Shown here in pieces: positions 22,734 to 33,108 of a DNA stretch of 64,000 nucleotides. The notes beneath the pieces are model-generated. The model made no database searches. It was not told where the DNA came from and was given only the letters and a program-made list of their open reading frames with translations. Position 1 is the stretch's first letter. Every line of letters starts with the position of its first letter. Both the position numbers and the translations under genes were made by a program. This DNA is from an uncultured Actinomycetota bacterium (GTDB taxonomy: Bacteria > Actinomycetota > Actinomycetes > Actinomycetales > Microbacteriaceae), in assembly GCA_963802485.1 (NCBI GenBank), contig CAWDJA010000030.1, positions 30,801 to 94,800 on the forward strand, given 5' to 3'.

Positions 22734-23990
22734 GTGCGCTACGCGCCGGCGATCCTCGTCGGCAGGCTCACTCGATTCGCCGCCCGGCTGCGCAAGCCCG
22801 GCGGCGGATCGGCCGTTCCGGGCCTGGTCGTCAACACGATCGCGCCCGGCTACCTCGAGCGCACCCTGTCGGGCTTCCCGCAGGGCCTGGTCGTGGTGTC
22901 GGGCTCGAGCGGCAAGTCGACGACCACGAAGATGCTCGTCGCGATCCTCCGAGCGCACGGCGTCGACGTGTTCACCAACCCGTCGACCGCGAACATCAGC
23001 CAGGGCCTGACGTCGGCCCTCCTCGAGCGTGCCGACTGGCAGGGCCGGGTGCCGGGCGACGTCGCGGTGCTCGAGATGGACGAGGGCCACGGCGCCGTGG
23101 TCATGCAGGGGGTCGACGCCCGCGTCGTCGCCCTCACGAACGTGATGGTCGACCAGATCGACCGCTTCCACGACTCCGAGATGGTCGCGGGCATGCTCGC
23201 CCGCATCGCCGACCGCGCGCACGAGGCGATCGTCGTGAACGCCGACGACGCCAACCTCGAGCGTCTCGCCGCGAGGGTCGCCCCGGGCGTCGCAGTGCAC
23301 CGGTTCGGCGTCTCCGCCGACGTGCTGGCCCGCTCGCCGCGCGGACTCGGGTACACCGAGACCCAGCGCGATCGACTGGCCGACGGCGCCGGCGTGATCG
23401 TGGACTCGGTCGAGGGCGCCTCGGCGGTGCTGCGCGACGGCGCGGCATCCGTCGACATCAGGCTCCCCGCACGCGGCACCCACTACGCGGTCGACGCCGC
23501 AGCCGCGTATGCGACGGCCGAGGTCGTGCTCGGGGAGCGCTTCTCGCCGACCACCGCGGCCGACGCCCTCAGCGCGATCCCGGCCGTGTTCGGGCGCGGG
23601 GAGCGCGTGCACGTGCGCGGCCAGGACGTCGAGTTCGTGCTCGTGCAGAATCCCGCGAGCTACCAGTTGAACGTCGACAGCATCGAGCCCGGCACCGAGC
23701 AGATCCTCTTCGCGATCGGCTCCGACGTGCGCGACCCCTCCTACTTCTGGCCGACGGATGCCTCGTCGCTCGGCCGTGTGGCGATCGTCAGCGGGTCGAA
23801 GGCGCCCGAGGCGGCGCTCATGCTCGCCTACGACGGCGTGGAGATCGATCGCGTCGAGCCCGACCTGGGCCGCGCGCTCGACGACTTCCTCGCGTCGCCC
23901 GCACCCGAGCGCGGCGTGAAGACCATCGTCTTCTCGGCCGACGCGATGCGTCGCACGCGCGCCCACCTCGGACTCTCGGGAGCGGAATGA
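22734..23990 (+). CDS. murT: MurT-like Mur ligase family protein (DUF1727)
   Basis: GGSAVPG, P-loop VSGSSGKSTTT, LEMDE, DQIDRF, FGRGE and NP motifs. Overlaps the gatD start. Confidence 0.8.
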   Translation: MRYAPAILVGRLTRFAARLRKPGGGSAVPGLVVNTIAPGYLERTLSGFPQGLVVVSGSSGKSTTTKMLVAILRAHGVDVFTNPSTANISQGLTSALLERADWQGRVPGDVAVLEMDEGHGAVVMQGVDARVVALTNVMVDQIDRFHDSEMVAGMLARIADRAHEAIVVNADDANLERLAARVAPGVAVHRFGVSADVLARSPRGLGYTETQRDRLADGAGVIVDSVEGASAVLRDGAASVDIRLPARGTHYAVDAAAAYATAEVVLGERFSPTTAADALSAIPAVFGRGERVHVRGQDVEFVLVQNPASYQLNVDSIEPGTEQILFAIGSDVRDPSYFWPTDASSLGRVAIVSGSKAPEAALMLAYDGVEIDRVEPDLGRALDDFLASPAPERGVKTIVFSADAMRRTRAHLGLSGAE

Positions 23991-24730
23991 CCCTCACGAT
24001 CGCGGCGCTCCTGCCCGGACTGCAGAACACGAACGGCGACGCCGAGAACGCCGCCGTGCTCGCGCGGCGTGCGGAATGGGCCGGCCTCGCCGCCCGTGTC
24101 GTGCGCGTGGACTCGCGGGACGACCTCCCCGAGCGGGTCGACGCCGTCGTGCTCGGCTCGGGCAGCGACGCATCGCTCGAGCCCAGCCGCGCCCTCCTGC
24201 TCACGATGCACGACGAGCTCCGGGCCTGGGGCACCGAGGGCGTGCCCATCCTCGCGGTCGGCACCGGGTGGGAGCTGCTGAGCTGGGGCGTCGAGCAGGC
24301 CGACGGCTCGAGCATCGAGGGGCTCGGCATCCTCCCGGGCCGCGCGGTGCCGCGTTCCGGCCGGGTCACCGGCGACCTCGTGGTCGCCTCGCCCCGCTTC
24401 GGCCTCCTGGTCGGCTTCGAGAACCACGCTCGCGACTACGTCGGGGCGGAGGGCTCGCCCGTCGGACGCGTGCGCGCCGGGAGCGGCAACGGCCGCGAAT
24501 CGGGCCAGGAGGGCGTCGTGATGGGAGCCGTCATCGGCACCCACCTGCACGGTCCCGTGCTCGCGAAGAACCCGGCGTTCGCCGATCAGCTGCTCGGCAT
24601 CATGGCCGAGCGAGCCGGCCTCGAGTACACGCCCGGTGAACGTGCCGCGGCCGTCGACGCCTACGCGTCGGCTGCGCGCGAGGCGCTGCTCGGAGCGACG
24701 CGAGCCGCGGCATCCGCCACAGACGCCTGA
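23987..24730 (+). CDS. gatD: GatD/CobQ-like type 1 glutamine amidotransferase-like protein
   Basis: N.NGD..N, GFENH and GTHLHGPVLAKNP motifs. The nucleophile position reads AVGTGW rather than A.CGGY. Confidence 0.8.
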   Translation: MTLTIAALLPGLQNTNGDAENAAVLARRAEWAGLAARVVRVDSRDDLPERVDAVVLGSGSDASLEPSRALLLTMHDELRAWGTEGVPILAVGTGWELLSWGVEQADGSSIEGLGILPGRAVPRSGRVTGDLVVASPRFGLLVGFENHARDYVGAEGSPVGRVRAGSGNGRESGQEGVVMGAVIGTHLHGPVLAKNPAFADQLLGIMAERAGLEYTPGERAAAVDAYASAAREALLGATRAAASATDA

Positions 24731-24795
24731 CGGACGCCGGCCGCAGCCGTCGTCATCCGTCGCTCGACGCGCCGACGATGCTCGACGTGCCGACG

Positions 24796-24828
24796 ACGAA
24801 CGCCCCGGCCGAGAGCCGGGGCGTTCGT
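24796..24828. terminator. Hairpin between convergent genes, preceded by an 18-bp imperfect tandem duplication (24762-24797)
   Basis: ACGAACGCCCCGGC-cgaga-GCCGGGGCGTTCGT. Confidence 0.7.
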
Positions 24829-24845
24829 GGTCGAGTTCGGTGTGG

Positions 24846-25082
24846 TCAGTCGCGGCCGTCGACGAGGAGTCGGCTCGACTCGTCGTGCCAGCTGTGCGCG
24901 ATCTGCGAGAGCTTCTCCTGGTGCTTGCGGCCGTGGTGGGCGCAGAAGAGGAGTTCGCCGCTCGCGACGACGACGCGGATGTACGCCTGTGCGCCGCATG
25001 CATCGCAGCGGTCGAGTGCCGTGAGCTCATACGGGGTGTCGAGTTCGTCGACCGCACCGGTTGCGTCGGTGTAGTTCGTCAT
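24846..25082 (-). CDS. Small Cys/His zinc-binding-like conserved protein
   Basis: LTALDRCDACGAQAY...LLFCAHH motif and GGAGGAGGAG RBS. Usually found divergent from parE in actinobacteria. Confidence 0.85.
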   Translation of the reverse strand: MTNYTDATGAVDELDTPYELTALDRCDACGAQAYIRVVVASGELLFCAHHGRKHQEKLSQIAHSWHDESSRLLVDGRD

Positions 25083-25226
25083 GGCTCCTCCTCCTGCTCA
25101 CGCTCGAATAATCCGTGCATCAATGAAAACACGGGACCGGCGCACATCCTTCCGTTTGGCGGGCATTTCGCTCAGCGCGTAGCGCCTCGCGCGTGGTGTC
25201 GCCCGCCGTCACTAGGCTTGGGCGAC

Positions 25227-27305
25227 GTGAGCTCCGACTATTCCGCCCGCCATCTCTCCGTCCTCGAGGGACTCGAGGCGGTGCGCAAACGGCCCGGCAT
25301 GTACATCGGGTCGACCGACTCGCGCGGGCTCATGCACTGCCTCTGGGAGATCATCGACAACTCGGTCGACGAGGCCCTCGGCGGGCACGGCGGTGAGATC
25401 GGCGTCATCCTGCATCCCGACGGCAGCGTCGAGGTGCGCGACCGCGCCCGCGGCATCCCGGTCGACATCGAGCCGAAGACCGGACTCTCGGGCGTCGAGG
25501 TGGTCTTCACCAAGCTGCACGCGGGCGGCAAGTTCGGCTCGGGCTCGTATGCGGCCTCGGGTGGACTCCACGGCGTCGGCGCCTCCGTCGTGAACGCCCT
25601 CTCCGAGCGACTCGACGTCGAGGTCGACCGCGACGGCAAGACGTGGGCGATGTCGTTCCATCGCGGCGAACCCGGCGTCTTCGCCGATTCCGGTTCCCCG
25701 TCGCCCGATGCCCCGTTCACCCCGTTCGAGGTGCGCAGTGAGCTGCGCGTGGTCGGCAAGGTCGCCAAGGGCGTCACCGGCACGCGCATCCGCTACTGGG
25801 CCGACCGCCAGATCTTCACGAAGGGCGCGGAGTTCCAGACCGACGAGCTGCTCGGGCGGGCCCGCCAGACGGCGTTCCTGGTACCCGGGCTCGCCATCGA
25901 CGTCACCGACGAGCGCGGCGCCGAGCCGCACACGACGTCGTTCCAGTTCGACGGCGGCATCTCCGAGTTCGCCGAGCACCTCGCGACGGATGCCCCGCTC
26001 ACCGACGTGTGGCGGCTCACCGGCACCGGCGGCTTCACCGAGACCGTGCCGGTGCTCACCGACGGCGGCGCCATGGTGCCGACCGAACTGCAGCGCGAAT
26101 GCCACGTCGACATCGCGCTGCGCTGGGGCACGGGCTACGAGACGGTCGTGAAGTCGTTCGTCAACATCATCGCGACCCCGAAGGGCGGCACCCACCAGAC
26201 CGGGTTCGACCAGGGGCTCCTCCGATTCCTGCGCCTGCAGGTCGAGCAGAACGCGCGGCGCCTGAAGGCCGGCAACGACAAGCTCGAGAAGGACGACGTG
26301 CTGGCCGGCCTCACGGCGGTCATCACGGTGCGCCTGCCCGAGCCGCAGTTCGAGGGCCAGACCAAGGAGGTGCTGGGCACCCCCGCGGTGCGGGCCATCG
26401 TCGCGAACGTGCTCACGAAGGAGCTCGGCGCGCGGTTCACGTCCTCGAAGCGCGACGACAAGGCGCAGTCGGCGCTGCTGCTCGACAAGGTCGTGGCCGA
26501 GATGAAGTCGCGCATCTCCGCGCGGGCGCACAAGGAGACGCAGCGTCGCAAGAACGCGCTCGAGAGCTCATCGCTGCCCGCGAAGCTCGTCGACTGCCGG
26601 TCGAGCGACGTGGCGCACAGCGAGCTCTTCATCGTGGAGGGCGACTCGGCGCTCGGCACCGCGAAGCTCGCGCGCGACAGCGAGCACCAGGCGCTGCTGC
26701 CGATCCGCGGCAAGATCCTCAACGTGCAGAAGGCCAGCGTCTCGGACATGCTCGGCAACGCGGAGTGCGCCTCGATCATCCAGGTGATCGGGGCGGGCTC
26801 GGGCCGGAGCTTCGACCTCTCGGCCGCGCGCTACGGCAAGGTCATCATCATGAGCGACGCCGACGTCGACGGAGCGCACATCCGCACGCTGCTGCTCACG
26901 CTCTTCTTCCGCTACATGCGGCCGATGATCGAGGAGGGCCGGGTCTTCGCGGCCGTGCCGCCCCTGCACCGCGTCGTCGTGATGAACCCCGGCACGAAGC
27001 CCAACGAGACCATCTACACCTACTCCGAGGCCGAGCTCCAGGGCGTGCTCGCGACGCTGAAGAAGCAGAACCGCCGCTACCAGGACCCGATCCAGCGCTA
27101 CAAGGGCCTCGGCGAGATGGACGCCGACCAGCTCGCGACGACGACGATGGATCGGCGACAGCGCACGCTGCGCCGCGTCGGCATCGGCGACGCGGAGAAT
27201 GCGGGGCGCGTCTTCGAGCTCCTCATGGGCAACGAGGTCGCGCCGCGCAAGGAGTTCATCATCGACAGCTCCGACACGCTCGAGCGCGACCGCATCGACG
27301 CCTGA
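25227..27305 (+). CDS. parE: Type IIA topoisomerase B subunit (topo IV ParE-like)
   Basis: LEGLEAVRKRPGMYIG, EIIDNSVDE, LHAGGKF, GLHGVG, VEGDSA, IRGKILN, DADVDG and RYKGLGEM motifs. Not in the dnaA-proximal gyrBA arrangement. Confidence 0.88.
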   Translation: MSSDYSARHLSVLEGLEAVRKRPGMYIGSTDSRGLMHCLWEIIDNSVDEALGGHGGEIGVILHPDGSVEVRDRARGIPVDIEPKTGLSGVEVVFTKLHAGGKFGSGSYAASGGLHGVGASVVNALSERLDVEVDRDGKTWAMSFHRGEPGVFADSGSPSPDAPFTPFEVRSELRVVGKVAKGVTGTRIRYWADRQIFTKGAEFQTDELLGRARQTAFLVPGLAIDVTDERGAEPHTTSFQFDGGISEFAEHLATDAPLTDVWRLTGTGGFTETVPVLTDGGAMVPTELQRECHVDIALRWGTGYETVVKSFVNIIATPKGGTHQTGFDQGLLRFLRLQVEQNARRLKAGNDKLEKDDVLAGLTAVITVRLPEPQFEGQTKEVLGTPAVRAIVANVLTKELGARFTSSKRDDKAQSALLLDKVVAEMKSRISARAHKETQRRKNALESSSLPAKLVDCRSSDVAHSELFIVEGDSALGTAKLARDSEHQALLPIRGKILNVQKASVSDMLGNAECASIIQVIGAGSGRSFDLSAARYGKVIIMSDADVDGAHIRTLLLTLFFRYMRPMIEEGRVFAAVPPLHRVVVMNPGTKPNETIYTYSEAELQGVLATLKKQNRRYQDPIQRYKGLGEMDADQLATTTMDRRQRTLRRVGIGDAENAGRVFELLMGNEVAPRKEFIIDSSDTLERDRIDA

Positions 27306-27325
27306 CTCATTGCGCAACCCGGCCC

Positions 27326-28668
27326 TCACCCGCCGGACGGGCGGATGTTCTGGTTCAGGTGGAACAGGTTGCCGGGATCGTGGGCGTCCTTGATCGGCGG
27401 TCAGTCGGGCGAGCTTCTCGGGCGTGTACGCGCGCCGGATGCCGGCCTCGCCGTCGTCGCCGAGCACGTTGACGTAGGCGCCGCTCGCGAACCGGTCCAG
27501 CGTGCCCGCATAGCGACGGGCCGCGGACATTCGCCGCTCGTCGTCGGCGGGACTGCGCCACCGCGATGCGGCGACGAACTCGAACGCGGTGTCGCGACGA
27601 GAGAACGCGGTCTCCTCGTCGGCCACGTCCGCGATCGCGCCGCCGTACGCCTGGAGGCTGACATCGGGGAGGTCGTCGCCGTCGCGCGCGAGCAGCGCGT
27701 CGATGACGGCGTCGCCGAGATCGCTGAAGTAGTGCCCCTTCCAGTACCGACGCCATTCGTGACCCTCGACATCGTCCTCACGGGTCTGCAGTTGGAGGTA
27801 CGTCAACGGCTGGATCGTGCGTCGGGACGGTTCGGCCGCGTCGGTGAGCCGATCCGCCATCTCGGAGATCCGTGCGTCGCCGACGAGGGGGTCGCCGACC
27901 CACACCAGGCCGAGGAACACGGCGTCACCCGACATGGTCGCGGTGAAGGTCGCCTCCCGGGGGGCGTCGCCGCTCAGATCGCGCCAGCGTCGCATCGCGG
28001 CCGCGGCCCGGCCGCCCTCGAGCGGGAAGAGGAGCTCGGCCGAGATCGCCTGTCCGGGCTCGGGATGCAGTTCGAACTCGAACTCGGTGACGACGCCGAA
28101 GTTGCCGCCGCCGCCGCGGAGCGCCCAGTCCAGGTCGGGGTGCGAGTCCGCATCGACGTGCAGCACGTCGCCGTTCGGCGGTGACCAGCTCGAACGAGGC
28201 CACGTTGTCGCACGTGAGCCCGTGCCGGCGGGCGAGCCAGCCCATGCCCCCGCCGAGGGTGAGGCCGCCGACCCCGGTATGCGAGACGTTCCCCGCGGTG
28301 GTCGCGAGGCCATGCGCCTGCGATGCGCGGTCGAGCGCGCCGAGGAGCGCGCCGCCCTGCACCCGGGCGCGCCGGCTGAGGGGGTCGACCGTCACGGCGC
28401 CCATCGGGCGCAGGTCGATCATGAGCCCGTCATGGGGCACGGCGTGCCCGACGATGCCGTGCCCGCCGCAGCGGATCCCGACCTCCAGCCCGAGATCGGA
28501 GGCGTATCGCACGGCGGCGACGACATCGGCCGTCTCCGCGCATCGCACGACGTAACGCGGTCGTCGGTCGATCATGCCGTTCCACACCGCGCGCGCCTCG
28601 TCGTAGCCGGGATCGCCCGGCTCCAGCACGCTGCCCTGGATCGCCGCCTGCAAGGTTGTCCGCGTCAC
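27326..28668 (-). CDS. FAD-binding oxidoreductase (BBE/VAO family); frameshifts near 28180 and 27395
   Basis: VWNGMIDRRP, RCGGHG, HTGVGGLTLGGG, LRGGGGNFGVVT, YVN and DP.NLFHLNQNI motifs. Confidence 0.88.
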
Positions 28669-28779
28669 CGATGACTCCGTCCGTCGAGGGCGGCCCGGAC
28701 GACGAACCCATCGCCGTTCGGACCGGCCATCGCCGAATCTGCCCCTCGATCGCGTCGGCGTCAAGCCGAGATGCGACGG

Positions 28780-31254
28780 TCAGGCGATGCGCACGCCGAT
28801 CGCCGCCACGACGCCCTCGAGCGGCTGGCCCGATGCGTCGCGCTTGGCCCCGCCGTCGGGCAGCTGGCGCGCCGAGCCGTCGGTGCCCACCGCGAGGGCG
28901 GGGGAGCGGCCGACCCAGGCGAGGTGCAGGGCGTCCTCGCCCTTCAGCAGGCGTTGCGAACGGACGCCGCCGGTCGCGCGCCCCTTGGCCGGGAACTCGG
29001 TGAACGGGCTCACCTTGGCGCTGCCCGGGTCGGTGCCGAGCAGGGTCTCGTTGCTCGCCGCGATCGTGACCACCACGGCGTCGGCCGCGGCATCCGCCGG
29101 GATGCCCGCGAAGTGGATGACGTGGGCGCCCGACCCGAGGTTGATGCCCGCCATGCCGCCGGCCGGACACCCCTGCGGCCGCACCGAGGCCGCGGGGAAC
29201 CGCAGCAACTGGGTGTCGGATGCCACGAACACGAGCTCGTCGGTCTCGTCGCCCTGCACGGCGCCCACGACCTCGTCGCCGGCCTTGAGGCCGATCACCT
29301 CGAACTCGGGCTTGTTGGGGTAGGCGCCGGTGGAGACGCGCTTCACGATGCCCAGCTTCGTGCCGAGCGCGATCGAGCGTTCCGACTCGAGCGAGACGAT
29401 GGCGAGCACCTTCTCGTCGCGGTTCGGCAGCGCCAGGTAGTCGCCGATCCGCACGCCGGCGCCGAGCTGCACCGACGTCGGCGGCAGCATCGGGAGGTCG
29501 ACCGGCGTGAACCTGATGAGTCGCCCGAGGCTCGTGACGGCGCCGATCTCGGCGCGGCTCGTCGTGTCGAGCGTCGAGCGGATGGCGTCGTGCTTGCTGC
29601 GGCGCGGCGGCGGGGTGATGCCGGGCGGTCCGTCGGGGCCGTCGGGCAGGTCGACGCGCGCGATGCGCCCGGTGGCGCTGAGGAAGACGCGGCACGGGAC
29701 ATCCGCCACCTCGAGCACCGCTGCGGCGCGCTTCGCCGCGGCACCGGCGATGCTCGGCCGCGCGTCGGTCAGCAGGGTGCGCCGCGGCGTGCCGAACCGC
29801 TCGGAGACCTCGGCGAGCTCGTCGGAGACGAGGGCCTCGATGCGGTGCCGGCTCGCGAGCAGGAGCTCGAGCTCCTCGATCTCGGCGCGCAGCTTGTCGC
29901 GCTCGGCTTCGAGCTCGATGCGGGAGAACCTCGTGAGTCGCCGCAGGCGCAGCTCGAGGATGTACTCGGCCTGCACCTGGCTGAGGTCGAAGACGTCCAT
30001 GAGGCGCGTGCGCGCCTGCTCCGCCTCGTCGCTCGTGCGGATGACCTGGATGACCTCGTCGATGTCGAGGATCGCGATGAGGAGGCCCTCGACGAGGTGC
30101 AGGCGCTCCTTGCGGCGTGCGAGGCGGTACTGCGATCGGCGGGTGACGACCTCGATGCGGTGCCCGACGTACACCTGCAGCAGCTCGCGGAGGCCGAGCG
30201 TCTGCGGTCCGCCGTCGACGAGTGCGACGTTGTTGATGTTGAACGAGTCCTCGAGCGGGGTCAGCCGGTAGAGCTGCTCGAGCACCGCGTCGGGGCTGAA
30301 GCCGGTCTTGATGCCGATGACGAGGCGCAGGCCGTTGGTGCGATCGGTGAGGTCGGTGACATCCGAGATGCCGCTGATCTTCTTGGCGTTCACCCCGTCC
30401 TTGATCTTCTCGATCACCTTCTCGGGGCCGACGAGGTAGGGCAGCTCGGTGACGACGAGGCCCGTCTTGCGCGCGGTGATGCTCTCGACGGTCACCTTCG
30501 CGCGGGTCTTGAAGCTGCCCCGTCCGGTGGCGTAGGCGTCCTTGATGCCGGCGAGGCCGACGATGGTGCCGCCCGTCGGCAGGTCGGGGCCGGGCACGAA
30601 CTCCATGAGCTCGTCGAGCGTGGCGTTCGGGTGGGCGATGAGGTGGCGGGCCGCGGCGACCACCTCGATGAGGTTGTGCGGCGCCATGTTGGTGGCCATG
30701 CCCACCGCGATGCCGCTCGCGCCGTTCACGAGGAGGTTCGGGTAGGCGGCCGGCAGCACGTCGGGCTGCGTGAGCTGGTTGTCGTAGTTCGGGACGAAGT
30801 CGACGACGTCCTCGTCGAGCCCCTCGGTCATCGCGAGCGCGGGGGAGGCGAGCCGCGCCTCGGTGTAGCGCGGCGCGGCCGGGCCGTCGTCGAGCGAGCC
30901 GAAGTTGCCGTGGCCGTCGATGAGCGGCACGCGCAGCGTGAATCCCTGGGCCATGCGCACGAGGGCGTCGTAGATCGCGGTGTCGCCGTGCGGATGCAGC
31001 TTGCCCATCACCTCGCCCACGACTCGGGCCGACTTCACGTGGCCGCGATCGGGCCGCAGGCCCATCTCGGTCATCTGGTACAGGATGCGGCGCTGCACCG
31101 GCTTGAGGCCGTCGCGGGCGTCGGGCAGGGCGCGCGAGTAGATGACCGAGTAGGCGTACTCGAGGAACGAGCCCTGCATCTCGGTGGCGACGTCGACGTC
31201 TTCGATGCGTTCGACGATCGGCTCGTCGGCGGGCGGGTTCTTTGCTCGGGTCAT
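28780..31254 (-). CDS. parC: Type IIA topoisomerase A subunit (topo IV ParC-like)
   Basis: [36 protein letters not shown] and GIAVGMATN motifs. Confidence 0.88.
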   Translation of the reverse strand: MTRAKNPPADEPIVERIEDVDVATEMQGSFLEYAYSVIYSRALPDARDGLKPVQRRILYQMTEMGLRPDRGHVKSARVVGEVMGKLHPHGDTAIYDALVRMAQGFTLRVPLIDGHGNFGSLDDGPAAPRYTEARLASPALAMTEGLDEDVVDFVPNYDNQLTQPDVLPAAYPNLLVNGASGIAVGMATNMAPHNLIEVVAAARHLIAHPNATLDELMEFVPGPDLPTGGTIVGLAGIKDAYATGRGSFKTRAKVTVESITARKTGLVVTELPYLVGPEKVIEKIKDGVNAKKISGISDVTDLTDRTNGLRLVIGIKTGFSPDAVLEQLYRLTPLEDSFNINNVALVDGGPQTLGLRELLQVYVGHRIEVVTRRSQYRLARRKERLHLVEGLLIAILDIDEVIQVIRTSDEAEQARTRLMDVFDLSQVQAEYILELRLRRLTRFSRIELEAERDKLRAEIEELELLLASRHRIEALVSDELAEVSERFGTPRRTLLTDARPSIAGAAAKRAAAVLEVADVPCRVFLSATGRIARVDLPDGPDGPPGITPPPRRSKHDAIRSTLDTTSRAEIGAVTSLGRLIRFTPVDLPMLPPTSVQLGAGVRIGDYLALPNRDEKVLAIVSLESERSIALGTKLGIVKRVSTGAYPNKPEFEVIGLKAGDEVVGAVQGDETDELVFVASDTQLLRFPAASVRPQGCPAGGMAGINLGSGAHVIHFAGIPADAAADAVVVTIAASNETLLGTDPGSAKVSPFTEFPAKGRATGGVRSQRLLKGEDALHLAWVGRSPALAVGTDGSARQLPDGGAKRDASGQPLEGVVAAIGVRIA

Positions 31255-31330
31255 CCGTGTTCTCTGGTGCTGGCGTGCTGGTGCACGCGGGGGAACGGGG
31301 CCGCGCCCGGCCTGTGCCAGACTGGGCGCG

Positions 31331-32479
31331 ATGCCAGCCATGCTACCGGTGCCAGCCGTCACCGCTCCGAGGCTTGCCGGGGTGCTCGGGAGTTCGGTCG
31401 CCAGCCTCATGGGCGAGGCCAACGACTTCGGGCTCCCCGCGGCATCCGGTGCGGTGGTCGTGCTCGTCGACGGTCTCGGCGCGTCCAACATCCAGGCGCG
31501 AGCCGGCCACGCGCGGTTCCTCTCCACGCGGATGGCCCGCCGCGACGTGATCCGCACCGTGACGCCGTCGACGACCGCCGCCGCCATCGCGAGCTTCACG
31601 ACCGGGCGGATGCCGGGAGAGCACGGGCTGGTCGGATACCGGGTGCTCGACTCCGCGAACGACCGCCTCGTCAACCAGCTGAACGGCTGGGACGCCGGCA
31701 TGGTGCCCGAGACCTGGCAGCGCGAGGAGACGACGTTCGAGACGGCGGCCGCCGGCGGCATCCGGAGCTACGCGGTCGGTGCCCCGCGCTACGCCGACTC
31801 CGGCTTCACGCACGCCGTGCTGCGCGGTGCGGAGTACCGGCCGGCGGCGACGATCGCCGACCGCTTCGCCGAGGCGCGCTCGCTGATCGAGGGCGGGCCG
31901 GGCGCGCTCGTCTACCTCTACGTCCCCGAACTCGACCAGGCCGCGCACGCGCACGGCTGGGAGTCGGACAAGTGGCTCGCCATCCTCGAGCAGCTCGACG
32001 CCGAGCTCGCCGCGTTCGAACGACGGATGCCGCGAGGCACGGGCCTCCTCGTCACCGCCGACCACGGCGTCATCGACGTGCCGGCGCACCGCCACGTCTT
32101 CGTCGACGCCCGCCCCGACCTGCTCGACGGCGTCCGCCACGTGGGCGGGGAGCCCCGATTCCTCTCGCTCTACTTCGAGCCCGGCCTCGACGAATCCGCA
32201 CGCGCTTCGCTGCTCGCGGGCTGGCGCGAGGCCGAGGAGCATCGCGCGTGGGTCGTCTCTCGCGACGACGCCATCGCGGCAGGCGTCTACGGGCCGGTCG
32301 CCGACGAGGTGCGCCCGCGCATCGGCGACGTGCTCATCGCCGCACGCGCGGGCATCGCCTACTACGACCGGCGGGAGCCGAACCGGCAGGCGGAGGCCAT
32401 GATCGGCCAGCACGGGTCGCTGAGCGACGAGGAGATCCGGGTGCCGCTCGTCCGCGGGGGAGCGTACGCCAGGGACTGA
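31331..32479 (+). CDS. Alkaline phosphatase superfamily / nucleotide pyrophosphatase-phosphodiesterase
   Basis: [33 protein letters not shown] and GQHGS motifs. Confidence 0.88.
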   Translation: MPAMLPVPAVTAPRLAGVLGSSVASLMGEANDFGLPAASGAVVVLVDGLGASNIQARAGHARFLSTRMARRDVIRTVTPSTTAAAIASFTTGRMPGEHGLVGYRVLDSANDRLVNQLNGWDAGMVPETWQREETTFETAAAGGIRSYAVGAPRYADSGFTHAVLRGAEYRPAATIADRFAEARSLIEGGPGALVYLYVPELDQAAHAHGWESDKWLAILEQLDAELAAFERRMPRGTGLLVTADHGVIDVPAHRHVFVDARPDLLDGVRHVGGEPRFLSLYFEPGLDESARASLLAGWREAEEHRAWVVSRDDAIAAGVYGPVADEVRPRIGDVLIAARAGIAYYDRREPNRQAEAMIGQHGSLSDEEIRVPLVRGGAYARD

Positions 32480-32487
32480 CCCCGGGC

Positions 32488-33072
32488 TCAGGACGGGTAC
32501 TGGCCCCGCTTGACCTGCGGCTTCGGCAGTCGCAGCGGACGCAGCTGCAGGGCGCGCATCGCCGCGTACCAGCGCACGCGCTCCGCCTTGTCCTCGCCGA
32601 ACTTGGCCTTGATCTTGCGCGTCAGCAGGAAGCCGAGGACGACGACGTCGACCACCGCGATGATGAAGAACGCCCACAGGGCGAGGATGCCGATCGTCTG
32701 CACCTGCGCGTCGGGGATGAGCGTGAGCAGGATCACGAGGAACATCACCGGGATGAGCACCTCGCCGATGCTGAACCGCGCGTCGACGTAGTCGCGCACG
32801 TACTTCTTCTGCGGACCGCGGTCGCGGGTCGGCAGGTAGCGGTCGTCGCCGGCGGCCATGCCGACGCGGGCGCGGTCTCGGGCCTCGGCCTGCTTGGCAC
32901 GCGCCTGCTTCGCCGCCTCCTTGCGGTCGTTCGGCACGAGCGGCCGCTTGCGAGCGGCCTCCTGCTCGGCGCGGCTCGGCGTCGGTGCGCCCTTGCCGGC
33001 CTTCGTCGTGTCGGGTGCTGCGTCGTCGGCGCCGGCTTCGGGCGCAGGGGTGTTGGTGGGGTTCTTTGCCAC
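32488..33072 (-). CDS. DUF3043 family membrane protein
   Basis: GKGAPTPSR.EQEAA, RDRGP...VRDYVDAR, two TM segments and RLPKPQV.RG. Confidence 0.88.
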   Translation of the reverse strand: MAKNPTNTPAPEAGADDAAPDTTKAGKGAPTPSRAEQEAARKRPLVPNDRKEAAKQARAKQAEARDRARVGMAAGDDRYLPTRDRGPQKKYVRDYVDARFSIGEVLIPVMFLVILLTLIPDAQVQTIGILALWAFFIIAVVDVVVLGFLLTRKIKAKFGEDKAERVRWYAAMRALQLRPLRLPKPQVKRGQYPS

Positions 33073-33108
33073 GGGAGTCCTCGGATCGGTTCCCTTAAGA
33101 TTACCGGC

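Noticed and set aside
24636-25226. Long N-terminal extensions in the ORF track (parE, parC, lipB, lipA, glnA1)
   Set aside because: They overlap other genes or promoters. Downstream starts match family N-termini and have their own -10 or RBS signals.
25227-31254. Calling these genes gyrB/gyrA
   Set aside because: Convergent layout, no dnaA-dnaN-recF context and no clear GyrA-box. A topo IV-like paralogue pair fits better.
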